IMG/VR virus record: IMGVR_UViG_3300021400_000130
Location: 64,001-128,000 of that record
Length of the DNA stretch: 64,000 bases
Origin: a virus
Lineage: Duplodnaviria > Caudoviricetes
Direction: 5' to 3' (one strand)
Part shown: positions 38,311 to 47,100 of the stretch, piece after piece
Position numbering within the stretch: position 1 is the stretch's first letter
Layout of the letters: each line of letters starts with the position of its first letter
Made by a program: the position numbers and the translations under genes
Notes under the pieces: model-generated
What the model was told of the DNA's origin: nothing
What the model saw: the letters and a program-made list of their open reading frames with translations, nothing else
The model's database searches: none

Positions 38311-39213
38311 ATGAACGAATTTATCATGCTTGTTGGCCCGGCAGGTAGCGGGAAGAGTACTGTTGCGAATAATCTTAGGTCTGAAAATAACAATTATGTG
38401 ATTGTTAGTTCAGATTCTATTCGCTATGAGCTTTTTGGTGATGAGTCCGTCCAGGGCAACCCCGCAGAAATTTTTGCTATCTGTAGATCAAGATGTGCTA
38501 ATCTTCTCAGTATTGGGCACAGCGTTATTTTTGATGCTACTAATCTGAATAGGAAGAAGCGGAAAAGTTTCCTTAATGATGTTAAGAGCCGAGCTGGTGT
38601 AGAGTTTACTAAACACTGTATTGTTGTTGCGATTACTTATGAAGATTGTTGTGTTCAGAATAAGAATCGTCAGCGTACTGTTCCTGACTTTGTTATTCGT
38701 AGGCACTTCAATGAGTTTCAGATGCCTCTTTATAGCGAAGGCTGGGACAAGATTACTGTTGTTCAGAGGAGTAATATTACATTAGATTCTATTCTTGATA
38801 AATGCAGAGGTCTTGCTCACGATAATCATCATCATAAGTATGATGTTTATGAACATTGTAAACAAACTCAGTCATGGATAAGTTCTAACGTAGACCCTCT
38901 TTCTGAACAGTATGGAATTCTTCTTCATCTTGCATTGTGGCATGATGTTGGAAAATTTTACACAAAAGTTTTTACTGACAAGAAGGGCAACCCCACTGAG
39001 GAAGCACATTTTTATTGTCACGAAAATTGGTCTTGTATGTATAACCTTTGTGATGATTACTATACAGGAGATTTCAAGATTAAACTTGCTCAACTTATTT
39101 CTTTACATATGATGAAGTATCAACCTGAGTATGGTAGATTTATTGAGAAGTGGGCACCAGAGTATAAAGACATTCTTGATATATTCAATAGAGCAGATGC
39201 GGAAAGTGCATAA
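38311..39213 (+). CDS. Polynucleotide kinase (AAA_33 type) fused to HD phosphoesterase
   Basis: GPAGSGKST, SSDSIR, FDATN; C-terminal H...HDVGK...HE..S...LHM...D. Confidence 0.8.
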   Translation: MNEFIMLVGPAGSGKSTVANNLRSENNNYVIVSSDSIRYELFGDESVQGNPAEIFAICRSRCANLLSIGHSVIFDATNLNRKKRKSFLNDVKSRAGVEFTKHCIVVAITYEDCCVQNKNRQRTVPDFVIRRHFNEFQMPLYSEGWDKITVVQRSNITLDSILDKCRGLAHDNHHHKYDVYEHCKQTQSWISSNVDPLSEQYGILLHLALWHDVGKFYTKVFTDKKGNPTEEAHFYCHENWSCMYNLCDDYYTGDFKIKLAQLISLHMMKYQPEYGRFIEKWAPEYKDILDIFNRADAESA

Positions 39214-39218
39214 TGTAG

Positions 39219-39247
39219 TTGATTTTTACAGAAGAATATACTATAAT
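39219..39247 (+). promoter_or_regulatory. Sigma-A-type early promoter
   Basis: TTGATT-N17-TATAAT. Confidence 0.75.
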
Positions 39248-39290
39248 TAGTAGTAAGGGCAACCTATATGTTGTTTTTACTACTATTTTT
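39248..39290 (+). terminator. Terminator-like hairpin abutting the promoter -10
   Basis: 16-bp stem TAGTAGTAAGGGCAAC/GTTGTTTTTACTACTA followed by TTTTT. Confidence 0.6.
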
Positions 39291-39303
39291 ATGAGGGAGT
39301 AAA

Positions 39304-40116
39304 GTGTTAGACGAATACAGACAAGCCTATACGCAGTCTGCTAACCAAATACCTGATTGGAAGAAAGTTAATCGTAATGAATTATGTAGAAGGTATAAAG
39401 AAGCAGAACGAGATGGTGAAACAGAATTACTGAGTTCCTATATAAGCGCTATTGTTCTAAACTTCTGGCATGTTTTGACAAAAACATATAACAAACAACC
39501 TGTTAAAGTATTGTCAGAAGAAGATTGTTATGAATGCTTGATTGAATCAATACTTTTTGTTTTAGGGCGGGCTGCTTGGGAAGATCCTACTCAGAGTATA
39601 TACAAAGATGAAAAAGGTCCAGAAAAAGCAATCAATCTAACTTTTCAACAGAGCATAACAAATCTTTTTGTCGCTGATCAAAGACATAAAAGGAAAGCTA
39701 TGAGCAATGCTTTGTCTCTTGATAATACACTGAAAGATGAAGAAGATTCACAAACATTTGTTTCTTTGTTAGCAAAGGATGAATTATCTCCTTTGCTAGA
39801 AAATCTGTTTTGGGGTAAAAAGATAAAACAATATTTTCAAAACAATGACTTTATTGCTGCATTTGTTCTAGATCTTTTAATCAAAGATCCTTCTTTGATT
39901 GAAAACAAAGATGAGAAGTATATTATCAATTCAAGAAAGATTGCAAAACAATTGAATGAACTTCCTGATAATTATGCTCGTGAGTTTTCAAAAGAGTACG
40001 GTATCTCTGTTGAAAAAGTTGAATCTGTTCTTAGTTATCTATATAATGTAAATAGTAGAAATATTGATAAGATATTATATCCTCTGATACAGGATATAAA
40101 GAAAGAGTGTGAGTAG
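39304..40116 (+). CDS. Hypothetical protein, possibly a divergent sigma-factor-like regulator
   Basis: Helical; RHKRKAMSNALSLD resembles sigma region 2-3 junctions; weak. Confidence 0.35.
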   Translation: MLDEYRQAYTQSANQIPDWKKVNRNELCRRYKEAERDGETELLSSYISAIVLNFWHVLTKTYNKQPVKVLSEEDCYECLIESILFVLGRAAWEDPTQSIYKDEKGPEKAINLTFQQSITNLFVADQRHKRKAMSNALSLDNTLKDEEDSQTFVSLLAKDELSPLLENLFWGKKIKQYFQNNDFIAAFVLDLLIKDPSLIENKDEKYIINSRKIAKQLNELPDNYAREFSKEYGISVEKVESVLSYLYNVNSRNIDKILYPLIQDIKKECE

Positions 40117-40833
40117 TTGATTACCAGTAATGATTGCTGGATGAAGGATACTTGTAAAAAATTCTTAAATCAGAGTAAAGAGTGTGAATGTAGAGATAAC
40201 GATGTGTTCTGCATAAAGTTGTTTAAGTTACAACAGCTTTATGACCTGTCTTTACTTACTGATAAACAGCGTATCCGTATTCCTCTAAGAATTGATGCAG
40301 ATGGGACAGATCGACAAGCGTTTGAGCGTTTAAGCGCTATAGAGTCTGACGGAGTTAAACATTTTGTAGATTCAGGAAGTAACTTATATATTTATTCTTC
40401 TAATGTGGGAAATGGAAAGACGACTTGGGCGATAAGACTTATACAGTCTTATCTAACAAATGTCTGGTATAAGTGTGACATTGATTGTAAAGCACTTTTT
40501 GTCAGTGTTCCTAAATACTTAATCTCAATAAAGGAGAATATTTCAGAACCAAGTGAGTATGCACAACATATTAAGAAGTATGTATACTCTGCAGATATAG
40601 TTGTGTTTGACGATATTGCAACAAAATCTGCAACAGCGTTTGAACACGAAATGCTTTTTAATATAATTGATGCTCGTGTTAATCTTGGTAAATCAAATAT
40701 TTTTACTTCTAATATGGATTATACAGGTCTTGTTAATACAGTTGGTGAGCGCATAGCAAGTAGAATTTTTAATACTTCGGAAAAAATTAGATTTGACGGA
40801 AAAGATAAAAGAGCTCTGGGGGTGAGTATTTGA
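40117..40833 (+). CDS. DnaC/IstB-like helicase loader ATPase
   Basis: VGNGKTT Walker A, VVFDD Walker B, IFTSN, RIASRI. Confidence 0.8.
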   Translation: MITSNDCWMKDTCKKFLNQSKECECRDNDVFCIKLFKLQQLYDLSLLTDKQRIRIPLRIDADGTDRQAFERLSAIESDGVKHFVDSGSNLYIYSSNVGNGKTTWAIRLIQSYLTNVWYKCDIDCKALFVSVPKYLISIKENISEPSEYAQHIKKYVYSADIVVFDDIATKSATAFEHEMLFNIIDARVNLGKSNIFTSNMDYTGLVNTVGERIASRIFNTSEKIRFDGKDKRALGVSI

Positions 40834-42089
40834 TTATTCAAGCTCAGGTTCTTAATAAGATGGTTGCTAATAATGATACTTCTCTTCTTATTGGTAACAA
40901 TCTTGACGAAGAATACTTTAGCGATTATAAAGAAGAATTTAAGTTCATAAAAGAACATTTTAATAAGTACGGGAGAATTCCTGACTTAGCGACTTTTGTT
41001 TCTCAGTTTCCTGATTTTGATGTGTTGCAAGTCGATGAACCAAATAACTATCTTGTTGATGAACTAGTAAAGGATAAGAATACAAGACTCCTCGCATCTA
41101 TTTTCAATAAAGTAAGAGATCTACTTATGAAGAATAAAGTAGATGAAGCTCTTGCGCTCTATACTACGGCTCAGGAGTCTGTTGTAAAAGCAAAGCATTT
41201 TCAGTCTGTTGATATCCTAACAGACTCTTCTCGTTATGATGCGTATGTTGAACGTTGCAGAGATTTTGAAAAGTACTATGTCAAAACAGGATTTCCAGAG
41301 TTAGATAAACTAATCGGTGGTTGGGACAGACTTGAAGAACTTGCTACTATTTCTGCTCGTCCTGGTGTTGGTAAGAGCTGGGTTCTTCTGAAGTGTGCAG
41401 TTGCTGCTCTGGAACAAGGATTAACAGTAGGTATGTATTCGGGCGAGATGTCAACGAACAAAGTCGGATATAGATTTGATACTTTGTATGGTCATCTTTC
41501 TAACTACGGAATCACTAGAGGTAATGCAGATCTACAAAATGATTACAAGAGATATATTGATTCTCTGAGCAGTAAGTTCAAGAATTCTTTTAAAGTTCTT
41601 ACTCCGAATGATATTAACGGGCCTGCTGGTGTTACTGCTCTACGAGCATTTATTGACCAAGACAAATTAGATATTCTGTTTGTCGACCAGCATTCTCTTC
41701 TAGAAGATGACCGTAAAGCAAGAACTCCTGTTGAGAAAGCAGCAAACATTTCTAGGGACCTGAAAAACTTACAAGTAATGGAAAAGATTCCGATTATTGC
41801 AGTTTCTCAGCAGAATAGGAATGATACCTCTGGCGGAGTAGATGTCAGTCATATCGCACAGTCAGATAGAATTTCTCAAGATAGCACTATTGTAATCTTT
41901 CTTGAGCATAAAGATGATATCTTAACTCTTAACTTAGCAAAGGCTAGAGATGCTGTTAATGATAGGAAGATAAAATATGCAGCAGATTTTGATAAGGGCA
42001 TATTCAGTTATGTTCCTGAAGAAAGTAATGCACTAGAAGGCGAAGGTTCTGAAGAACTTGCAAAAGAATTTGAGGAAGATGTGTTTTAA
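40830..42089 (+). CDS. dnaB: Replicative DNA helicase
   Basis: TGFPELDKLIGG, ARPGVGKS, SGEM, VSQQNR motifs. Confidence 0.9.
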   Translation: MIIQAQVLNKMVANNDTSLLIGNNLDEEYFSDYKEEFKFIKEHFNKYGRIPDLATFVSQFPDFDVLQVDEPNNYLVDELVKDKNTRLLASIFNKVRDLLMKNKVDEALALYTTAQESVVKAKHFQSVDILTDSSRYDAYVERCRDFEKYYVKTGFPELDKLIGGWDRLEELATISARPGVGKSWVLLKCAVAALEQGLTVGMYSGEMSTNKVGYRFDTLYGHLSNYGITRGNADLQNDYKRYIDSLSSKFKNSFKVLTPNDINGPAGVTALRAFIDQDKLDILFVDQHSLLEDDRKARTPVEKAANISRDLKNLQVMEKIPIIAVSQQNRNDTSGGVDVSHIAQSDRISQDSTIVIFLEHKDDILTLNLAKARDAVNDRKIKYAADFDKGIFSYVPEESNALEGEGSEELAKEFEEDVF

Positions 42090-43046
42090 TTGGAGTTAGT
42101 AATAAACAATAAAGTAATTGATGCTCCTGTTTACGATATACTCAAACAAGTACATAAAGAAACAAACGGACGGTATCTGAACACAATTATCGACAAGGGA
42201 GATAATGTATTTATCCAGTGCCCTTTTCATTCAGATGGTAAAGAAAAACATCCGAGTTGTACAGTCTTTGCTAGAGATGATGATAAGTATACAGATAAAG
42301 GAATTACTCACTGTTTTGCTTGTGGTATAAGCGTACCTCTTTTTACTCTTGTAGGTCACTGCTTTGATCAAGATGATGAGTTTGGAAAAGAATGGCTTGT
42401 TCAAAGATATTCAAATATCTTTATTGAGAAGCAAACATATCTACCTGAAATTCAAATTGGTAAGCCCAAAGAGACAGTGCTTGATGAATCTATTCTTGAT
42501 CAATTTGCATATTTTCATCCGTATCAGTTTCAGAGAAAACTTTCTCAAGAAATAATCTTGAAGTATAAAGTTGGATATGATAAAGAGACTGATAGTATAA
42601 CATTTCCTGTGTGGGATGAACATAATAGATTAAAATTTATAACTAAAAGATCTGTTAAGACAAAACAATTTTTTATACCACAAGGAGTTAAGAAGCCTGT
42701 TTATCTTCTTAACTTTATGCTAAAGGAAAACAGAGATACAGTATTTGTTTGTGAGAGTCAAATAAACGCTCTCTATATGAATACTCTTGGTTATCCTGCA
42801 GTAGCCCTTATAGGAACAGGAACAAGAGATCAATATGAAATACTCAACAAGTCTCCCATTCGTCATTACATACTAGCATTTGATGGGGACGAAGCAGGAG
42901 ATAAGGGCATAACAAGATTCTTAACTAATATAAGAAAAGATGTATTTGTAGACATCATGTTATTACCTAGAGGAAAGGACTGTAATGATTTAACTGGTGA
43001 AGAAATAGCAAACCTACCTTTGGTTTCTCAGTATTCAATTAGTTGA
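42090..43046 (+). CDS. dnaG: DNA primase
   Basis: CPFH...CFAC Zn finger; CES and FDGDEAG TOPRIM motifs. Confidence 0.9.
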   Translation: MELVINNKVIDAPVYDILKQVHKETNGRYLNTIIDKGDNVFIQCPFHSDGKEKHPSCTVFARDDDKYTDKGITHCFACGISVPLFTLVGHCFDQDDEFGKEWLVQRYSNIFIEKQTYLPEIQIGKPKETVLDESILDQFAYFHPYQFQRKLSQEIILKYKVGYDKETDSITFPVWDEHNRLKFITKRSVKTKQFFIPQGVKKPVYLLNFMLKENRDTVFVCESQINALYMNTLGYPAVALIGTGTRDQYEILNKSPIRHYILAFDGDEAGDKGITRFLTNIRKDVFVDIMLLPRGKDCNDLTGEEIANLPLVSQYSIS

Positions 43047-43071
43047 TTTTTTACAGTATTTTCTATATATT
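43043..43071 (+). promoter_or_regulatory. Sigma-A-type promoter overlapping the primase stop
   Basis: TTGATT-N17-TATATT. Confidence 0.6.
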
Positions 43072-43124
43072 ATATGTGTAAAAAGCCAAATCTAGAAAAA
43101 TGAAATTTAAGGAGTAATGAAATT

Positions 43125-43973
43125 ATGGCAAGAGTAACTTTTGAAGAAGCAACTGAAATGCAGAATGCAATTAACCCGAATTATGTAGAATCCTTTGCAC
43201 TGAAGAATGATGGCGATGAAGCGCTTGTTCGTTTCATGCACGATGACGTTTCTTCCTTTGATATTGTAACCACTCACAATGTTACTATCAATGGTAAGTT
43301 CCGTTCCGTGAACTGCCTCCGTAATCCTCGCGATCCTATGGAAAATTGTCCTCTTTGTGCTACTGGTGCGAATACTCAGAATGTGATGTTTATTCATCTT
43401 ATTGAGTATCGTGTTGGTGAAAATGGTACCATTGTTCCTGTTCCTAAGGTGTGGGCAAGAGGTCTGAGCTATGCGACCAGAATCAAGAGTCTCATCAATG
43501 AGTATGGTCCGCTGTCCCAGTGCCTGTTCAAGATTCACCGTAATGGAGCAGCGGGTAGCAGAGATACTAGTTATGATATTCTGTTTGCCCCTGACCGGAT
43601 CTATCCTTCTCAGAACTATCCTATTCCTGAAGGAGCGTTCAAAGACTATAGCGCTACTGGAACGATTGTTCTTGATAAGAGCTTTGAAGATCTGACCATT
43701 TTTGTTAATACTGGTAGAATGCCTGAAGCCAGTCAGGAAACCACTCCTGCTTATGGTGCTCAGCAGAATTATGTCCCGCAGACGACTCAGTTTGTGCCGA
43801 CTGGAGCTTCTGTTGGTGCCCCGCAGGCGTATGCTCCTCAGGTAACTGCACCTGCACCGAATCCCCAGCAGCAAGTGACCGCGTATAATGCTCCTCAGCA
43901 GACTTTTATTAATCAGTATCCGCCGGCAGCACCCGCTGGCAATCCTGTTGTAGCAAGACCCGTTCGTAACTAA
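43125..43973 (+). CDS. Single-stranded DNA-binding protein (gp32-like)
   Basis: H...C...CPLC Zn site, KIHRNG..DTSY; low-complexity P/Q/A tail; strongly biased codons. Confidence 0.7.
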   Translation: MARVTFEEATEMQNAINPNYVESFALKNDGDEALVRFMHDDVSSFDIVTTHNVTINGKFRSVNCLRNPRDPMENCPLCATGANTQNVMFIHLIEYRVGENGTIVPVPKVWARGLSYATRIKSLINEYGPLSQCLFKIHRNGAAGSRDTSYDILFAPDRIYPSQNYPIPEGAFKDYSATGTIVLDKSFEDLTIFVNTGRMPEASQETTPAYGAQQNYVPQTTQFVPTGASVGAPQAYAPQVTAPAPNPQQQVTAYNAPQQTFINQYPPAAPAGNPVVARPVRN

Positions 43974-43992
43974 GAGAAGGAGATCTGTTTAA

Positions 43993-45603
43993 ATGTCCCT
44001 ATGGGGTGAAGATTTTGAAATAAAACCTGTCAAGAAGGAAGTTAAGAAAGTTACAACAAAAATTAACTCTCCAAAGAAGCCAAAGGTTGAAACTCAGAAA
44101 GTTATTAGCTCTAAGAGTGTTTCTGTATATGATAAACTACAGTTAATCTATGCAGAAGTAGACCGTATCCTTGGCAGGTATAAAGAGAATACTCAAGTTA
44201 TAAGGACAAAACAAGATCTTGTTGATTATATTGATGCCTCCATCAGTAATGGTGCAATTGCAATCGACACCGAGACCAACAATAGTCTTGATCCGATTAC
44301 TTGCCTTCTGATGGGGGCATGTATTTATACTCCCGGTAAAAAGAGCGCCTATATTCCCGTAAATCATGTAGATTATGTTTCTCATAATAAGTTAGAAAAT
44401 CAGCTTACAGAAGAAGAAATAAAAGAACAATTTGATAGGCTGAAAAATACTAAAATCATTATGCACAACGGCAAGTTTGACTATGAAGTTATCAAGTGCA
44501 CTTGTGGTTGTGTTTTAGATATATACTGGGATACAGAAATTGCAGCCCGTATCCTTGATGAGAATGAATTAGCAGCTCTAAAGAAACAGTACATACTACA
44601 TATTGATAGTACTCAAGAGAAGTACGATATTGAGCATTTATTCCAAGGTATTGAATACGAAGTTGTTGACCCTGATGTTTTCGCACTATATGCAGCTACT
44701 GATGCTCTAATTACATATCGGTTATATGAATGGCAGAAGGAACAATTCAGTAAGCCTGGAAATGAAAATCTTTATAGTGTGTTCATGAATGTTGAGATGC
44801 CAGTTGTTCAAGTTTCTGCAGAGATGGAACTTCTTGGTGTTGAAATTGACAAGGATTATGCGTCAAGATTAAGTACTAAATATCACAAGAAAGTTGAAGC
44901 AGTTGATAAAGAGATTGACGAAGAACTTTCTAAATATTCTGATAAGATTGCTGCATGGAGACAAACAAAAGAAGCTAATTATAAAGAGTTAAATTCTAAA
45001 CAAAATAAATCAGGAGAGTATACTTACAAGAAGTCAAAGAATGAACAACTTGCAGATCCTCCTCAGTTAAATAGCCCAACACAGTTAGCAATTTTGTTGT
45101 ATGATATATTACAAGTTCCTATACAAGATAAGAAAGCGCCAAGAGGAACAGGAGAAGAAATTCTCAAGAAAATAAATATTCCTCTTTGTGATCTTATTCT
45201 CAAGAAAAGAGGGCTTGAGAAGTTAATAGGAACATATATTGATAAGATTCCTGCTTGTGTAAGTCCGAAAGATAACAGACTTCATGCTCATTTCAATCAA
45301 CTAGGGGCAGGTACTGGACGATTTAGTTCTAGCGACCCTAATCTTCAAAATATCCCTTCAAAGAATAAAGAAATTAGATTGATGTTTAGAGCTGGGCATA
45401 CTGAACGAGAAGTTTCTAGTGAATATAACAGCTATACATTTAGTATGAATGAAGAAGTTCTTACGAGTACGGGTTGGAAAGCTGTTTCCGAACTAGTACC
45501 CAACGATGTACTTGTTTCTGATGAAGGAGAACAGGTTATTAGCACAGTAATGAAGATTGATAACTCTATTGTAGCATATGTTTCAGAGGAGGTGATTGAG
45601 TGA
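43993..45603 (+). CDS. polA: Family A DNA polymerase, N-terminal subunit (3'-5' exonuclease + thumb) ending in a Hint-like segment
   Basis: AIDTET, HNGKFD, YAATD exonuclease motifs; TGRFSSSDPNLQNIP; ends before motif A. Confidence 0.9.
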   Translation: MSLWGEDFEIKPVKKEVKKVTTKINSPKKPKVETQKVISSKSVSVYDKLQLIYAEVDRILGRYKENTQVIRTKQDLVDYIDASISNGAIAIDTETNNSLDPITCLLMGACIYTPGKKSAYIPVNHVDYVSHNKLENQLTEEEIKEQFDRLKNTKIIMHNGKFDYEVIKCTCGCVLDIYWDTEIAARILDENELAALKKQYILHIDSTQEKYDIEHLFQGIEYEVVDPDVFALYAATDALITYRLYEWQKEQFSKPGNENLYSVFMNVEMPVVQVSAEMELLGVEIDKDYASRLSTKYHKKVEAVDKEIDEELSKYSDKIAAWRQTKEANYKELNSKQNKSGEYTYKKSKNEQLADPPQLNSPTQLAILLYDILQVPIQDKKAPRGTGEEILKKINIPLCDLILKKRGLEKLIGTYIDKIPACVSPKDNRLHAHFNQLGAGTGRFSSSDPNLQNIPSKNKEIRLMFRAGHTEREVSSEYNSYTFSMNEEVLTSTGWKAVSELVPNDVLVSDEGEQVISTVMKIDNSIVAYVSEEVIE

Positions 45604-46685
45604 GTAAAGTCAAAGCCCGAAAGAAAAATATTTTTTGTGGAGCTGACTTTTCTTAGTCTCAACAAGAGCCTCGACTCTTGTCAGCTTATTCTCAAGATGA
45701 GAGAATGATAACTGCATATAAAGAAAATAAAGATTTATATGCAACTATTGCTTCTGGTGTATATAAGAATGATTACTGGGACAATATGGAGCATCATCAA
45801 GACGGGTCTCCTAATCCGGATGGTAAGAAAAGAAGAAGTAATTGTAAAAGTCTTCTATTAGGAATTATGTACGGAAGAGGCGCTCCCAGTATTGCGGAAC
45901 AGATACACTCTTCTGTTGAGGAAGCTCAGAAGATTATAAATGATTTTTATTCTCAGTTTCCAAAAGTGAAAGCGTGGACGGATAAAACAGAGCATGATGC
46001 TAAGGTTACAGGATATGTAGAAGACCTTTGGGGTAGAAGAAGAAGACTACCAGACATTCTTTTACCGAAGTATACAATAAAAACAAAACAAGCGTCTACA
46101 GAATTTAATCCGTTACTTTATACATTAGGAAAAGTAAATAACTCCTCACAAGATCTTGTTGAAAATTATAGGAAGAAACTTGACAAAGTAAGGTCAAGAA
46201 AAGATTATCAAACAATACAACAGGAAGCAGAAAAGAATGGTGTTACAATTGTAGACAACGGTGCTTTTATAAGTCAGGCTGAACGACAGTGTGTAAACGC
46301 TCGTATTCAGGGCGGAGCAGCTTCGATGACAAAAGTGTGCATGAGAAAGATTTTTGATGATAAAGAATTGAATGATCTACAGGCACACTTAGTATTACAG
46401 ATACATGATGAAGTAATTGTAGAGTGTCCCGAAGAAAATGCAGATAAAGTTATTGATAGGTTAACTTATGTAATGAAGAATTCCGTTACTGATAAAGTAA
46501 ATGTACCTTTCAAGTGTGACGGATACAAAGTAACAAGATGGTATGAAGATGACTTTGGAGATATTTTAAGAGAAAAATATCAAGCGTTGTTAGATGAAGG
46601 AAAAACAGAATCTCAAGCGTTTGATATTATGCTTGAAGAAAATAGCGAACTGACGAAAGAAGAGCTTTCTTCTTTCTTAAGTTGA
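45600..46685 (+). CDS. polA: Family A DNA polymerase, C-terminal subunit (motifs A-C) with an in-frame TAG at 45654-45656 that must be bypassed or removed
   Basis: GGAGGT RBS then GTG at 45600: MSKVKARKKNIFCGADFS*SQQEPRLL...; motif B RSNCKSLLLGIMYG; NARIQG; motif C QIHDE. Confidence 0.85.
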
Positions 46686-46710
46686 TTTCCTTTGTTAGAT
46701 ATTATATTAT
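46682..46710 (+). promoter_or_regulatory. Sigma-A-type promoter overlapping the polA stop
   Basis: TTGATT-N17-TATTAT. Confidence 0.6.
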
Positions 46711-46771
46711 ATATTGTATATAAAGGAAGTGATTGCGTGCTGTAGCAAGTGTACACTTTAGGAGGTTATTG

Positions 46772-47023
46772 ATGATTATAGATAACATATTCATTAGAGA
46801 GGTATTTGGACTTTCAGCTTCAGTCTTTGTCCTTCTCTCTATGATGATTAAATCAAATGACCGTAAGGGTAATATTAGAATGAGATTACTGAACTTAACA
46901 GGAAGTGTCCTGATGATAATCTACGGATTTTGGATCGGTTCTTTTAGTACAATATTTCTAAATATTATCTGTTTGGTCGCACATATTTATTATTTAATAA
47001 CTTTGTTTAGAATAAAAGACTGA
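46772..47023 (+). CDS. Small three-helix membrane protein (YgjV/PQ-loop-like)
   Basis: GGAGG RBS at 46761; hydrophobic helices; MRLLNLTGSVLMIIYG motif. Confidence 0.6.
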   Translation: MIIDNIFIREVFGLSASVFVLLSMMIKSNDRKGNIRMRLLNLTGSVLMIIYGFWIGSFSTIFLNIICLVAHIYYLITLFRIKD

Positions 47024-47027
47024 TTTA

Positions 47028-47091
47028 GTGGGCCGGGTTGTTCGAAAGTCCCACCAACCCGAACCTTACAATAAAATAAAAATAATAGGAG
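47028..47091 (+). promoter_or_regulatory. Structured 5' leader, candidate preQ1-class riboswitch
   Basis: CGGGTTG/CAACCCG stem, loop TTCGAAAGTCCCAC, A-rich tail, TAGGAG RBS; upstream of a YhhQ-like transporter. Confidence 0.45.
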
Positions 47092-47100
47092 TAATTTACT

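Noticed and set aside
43107-43874. 255-aa minus-strand ORF
   Set aside because: Antisense shadow of the codon-biased SSB gene; no RBS or recognisable motif.
45394-45617. Functional split intein, or a long ribosomal hop from FRA to KA
   Set aside because: Cys/Ser1, TxxH and terminal His-Asn are missing. The Ala codons differ (GCT vs GCC), no stop follows the first, and the second gene has its own RBS.
45654-45656. Genome-wide TAG reassignment (alternative genetic code) as the explanation for the polA stop
   Set aside because: TAG ends ordinary genes here (e.g. 35353, 40116) and long genes are intact under code 11. Readthrough would also leave two extra residues in motif A.
45678-46685. ORF-track start (TTG 45678) for the polymerase C-terminal subunit
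   Set aside because: It has no RBS and omits motif A; the RBS-backed GTG at 45600 is in the same frame.
47028-47065. Small self-cleaving ribozyme or tRNA
   Set aside because: I could not fit HDV-like, pistol or hammerhead cores or a cloverleaf; its position at a transporter RBS favours a regulatory leader.
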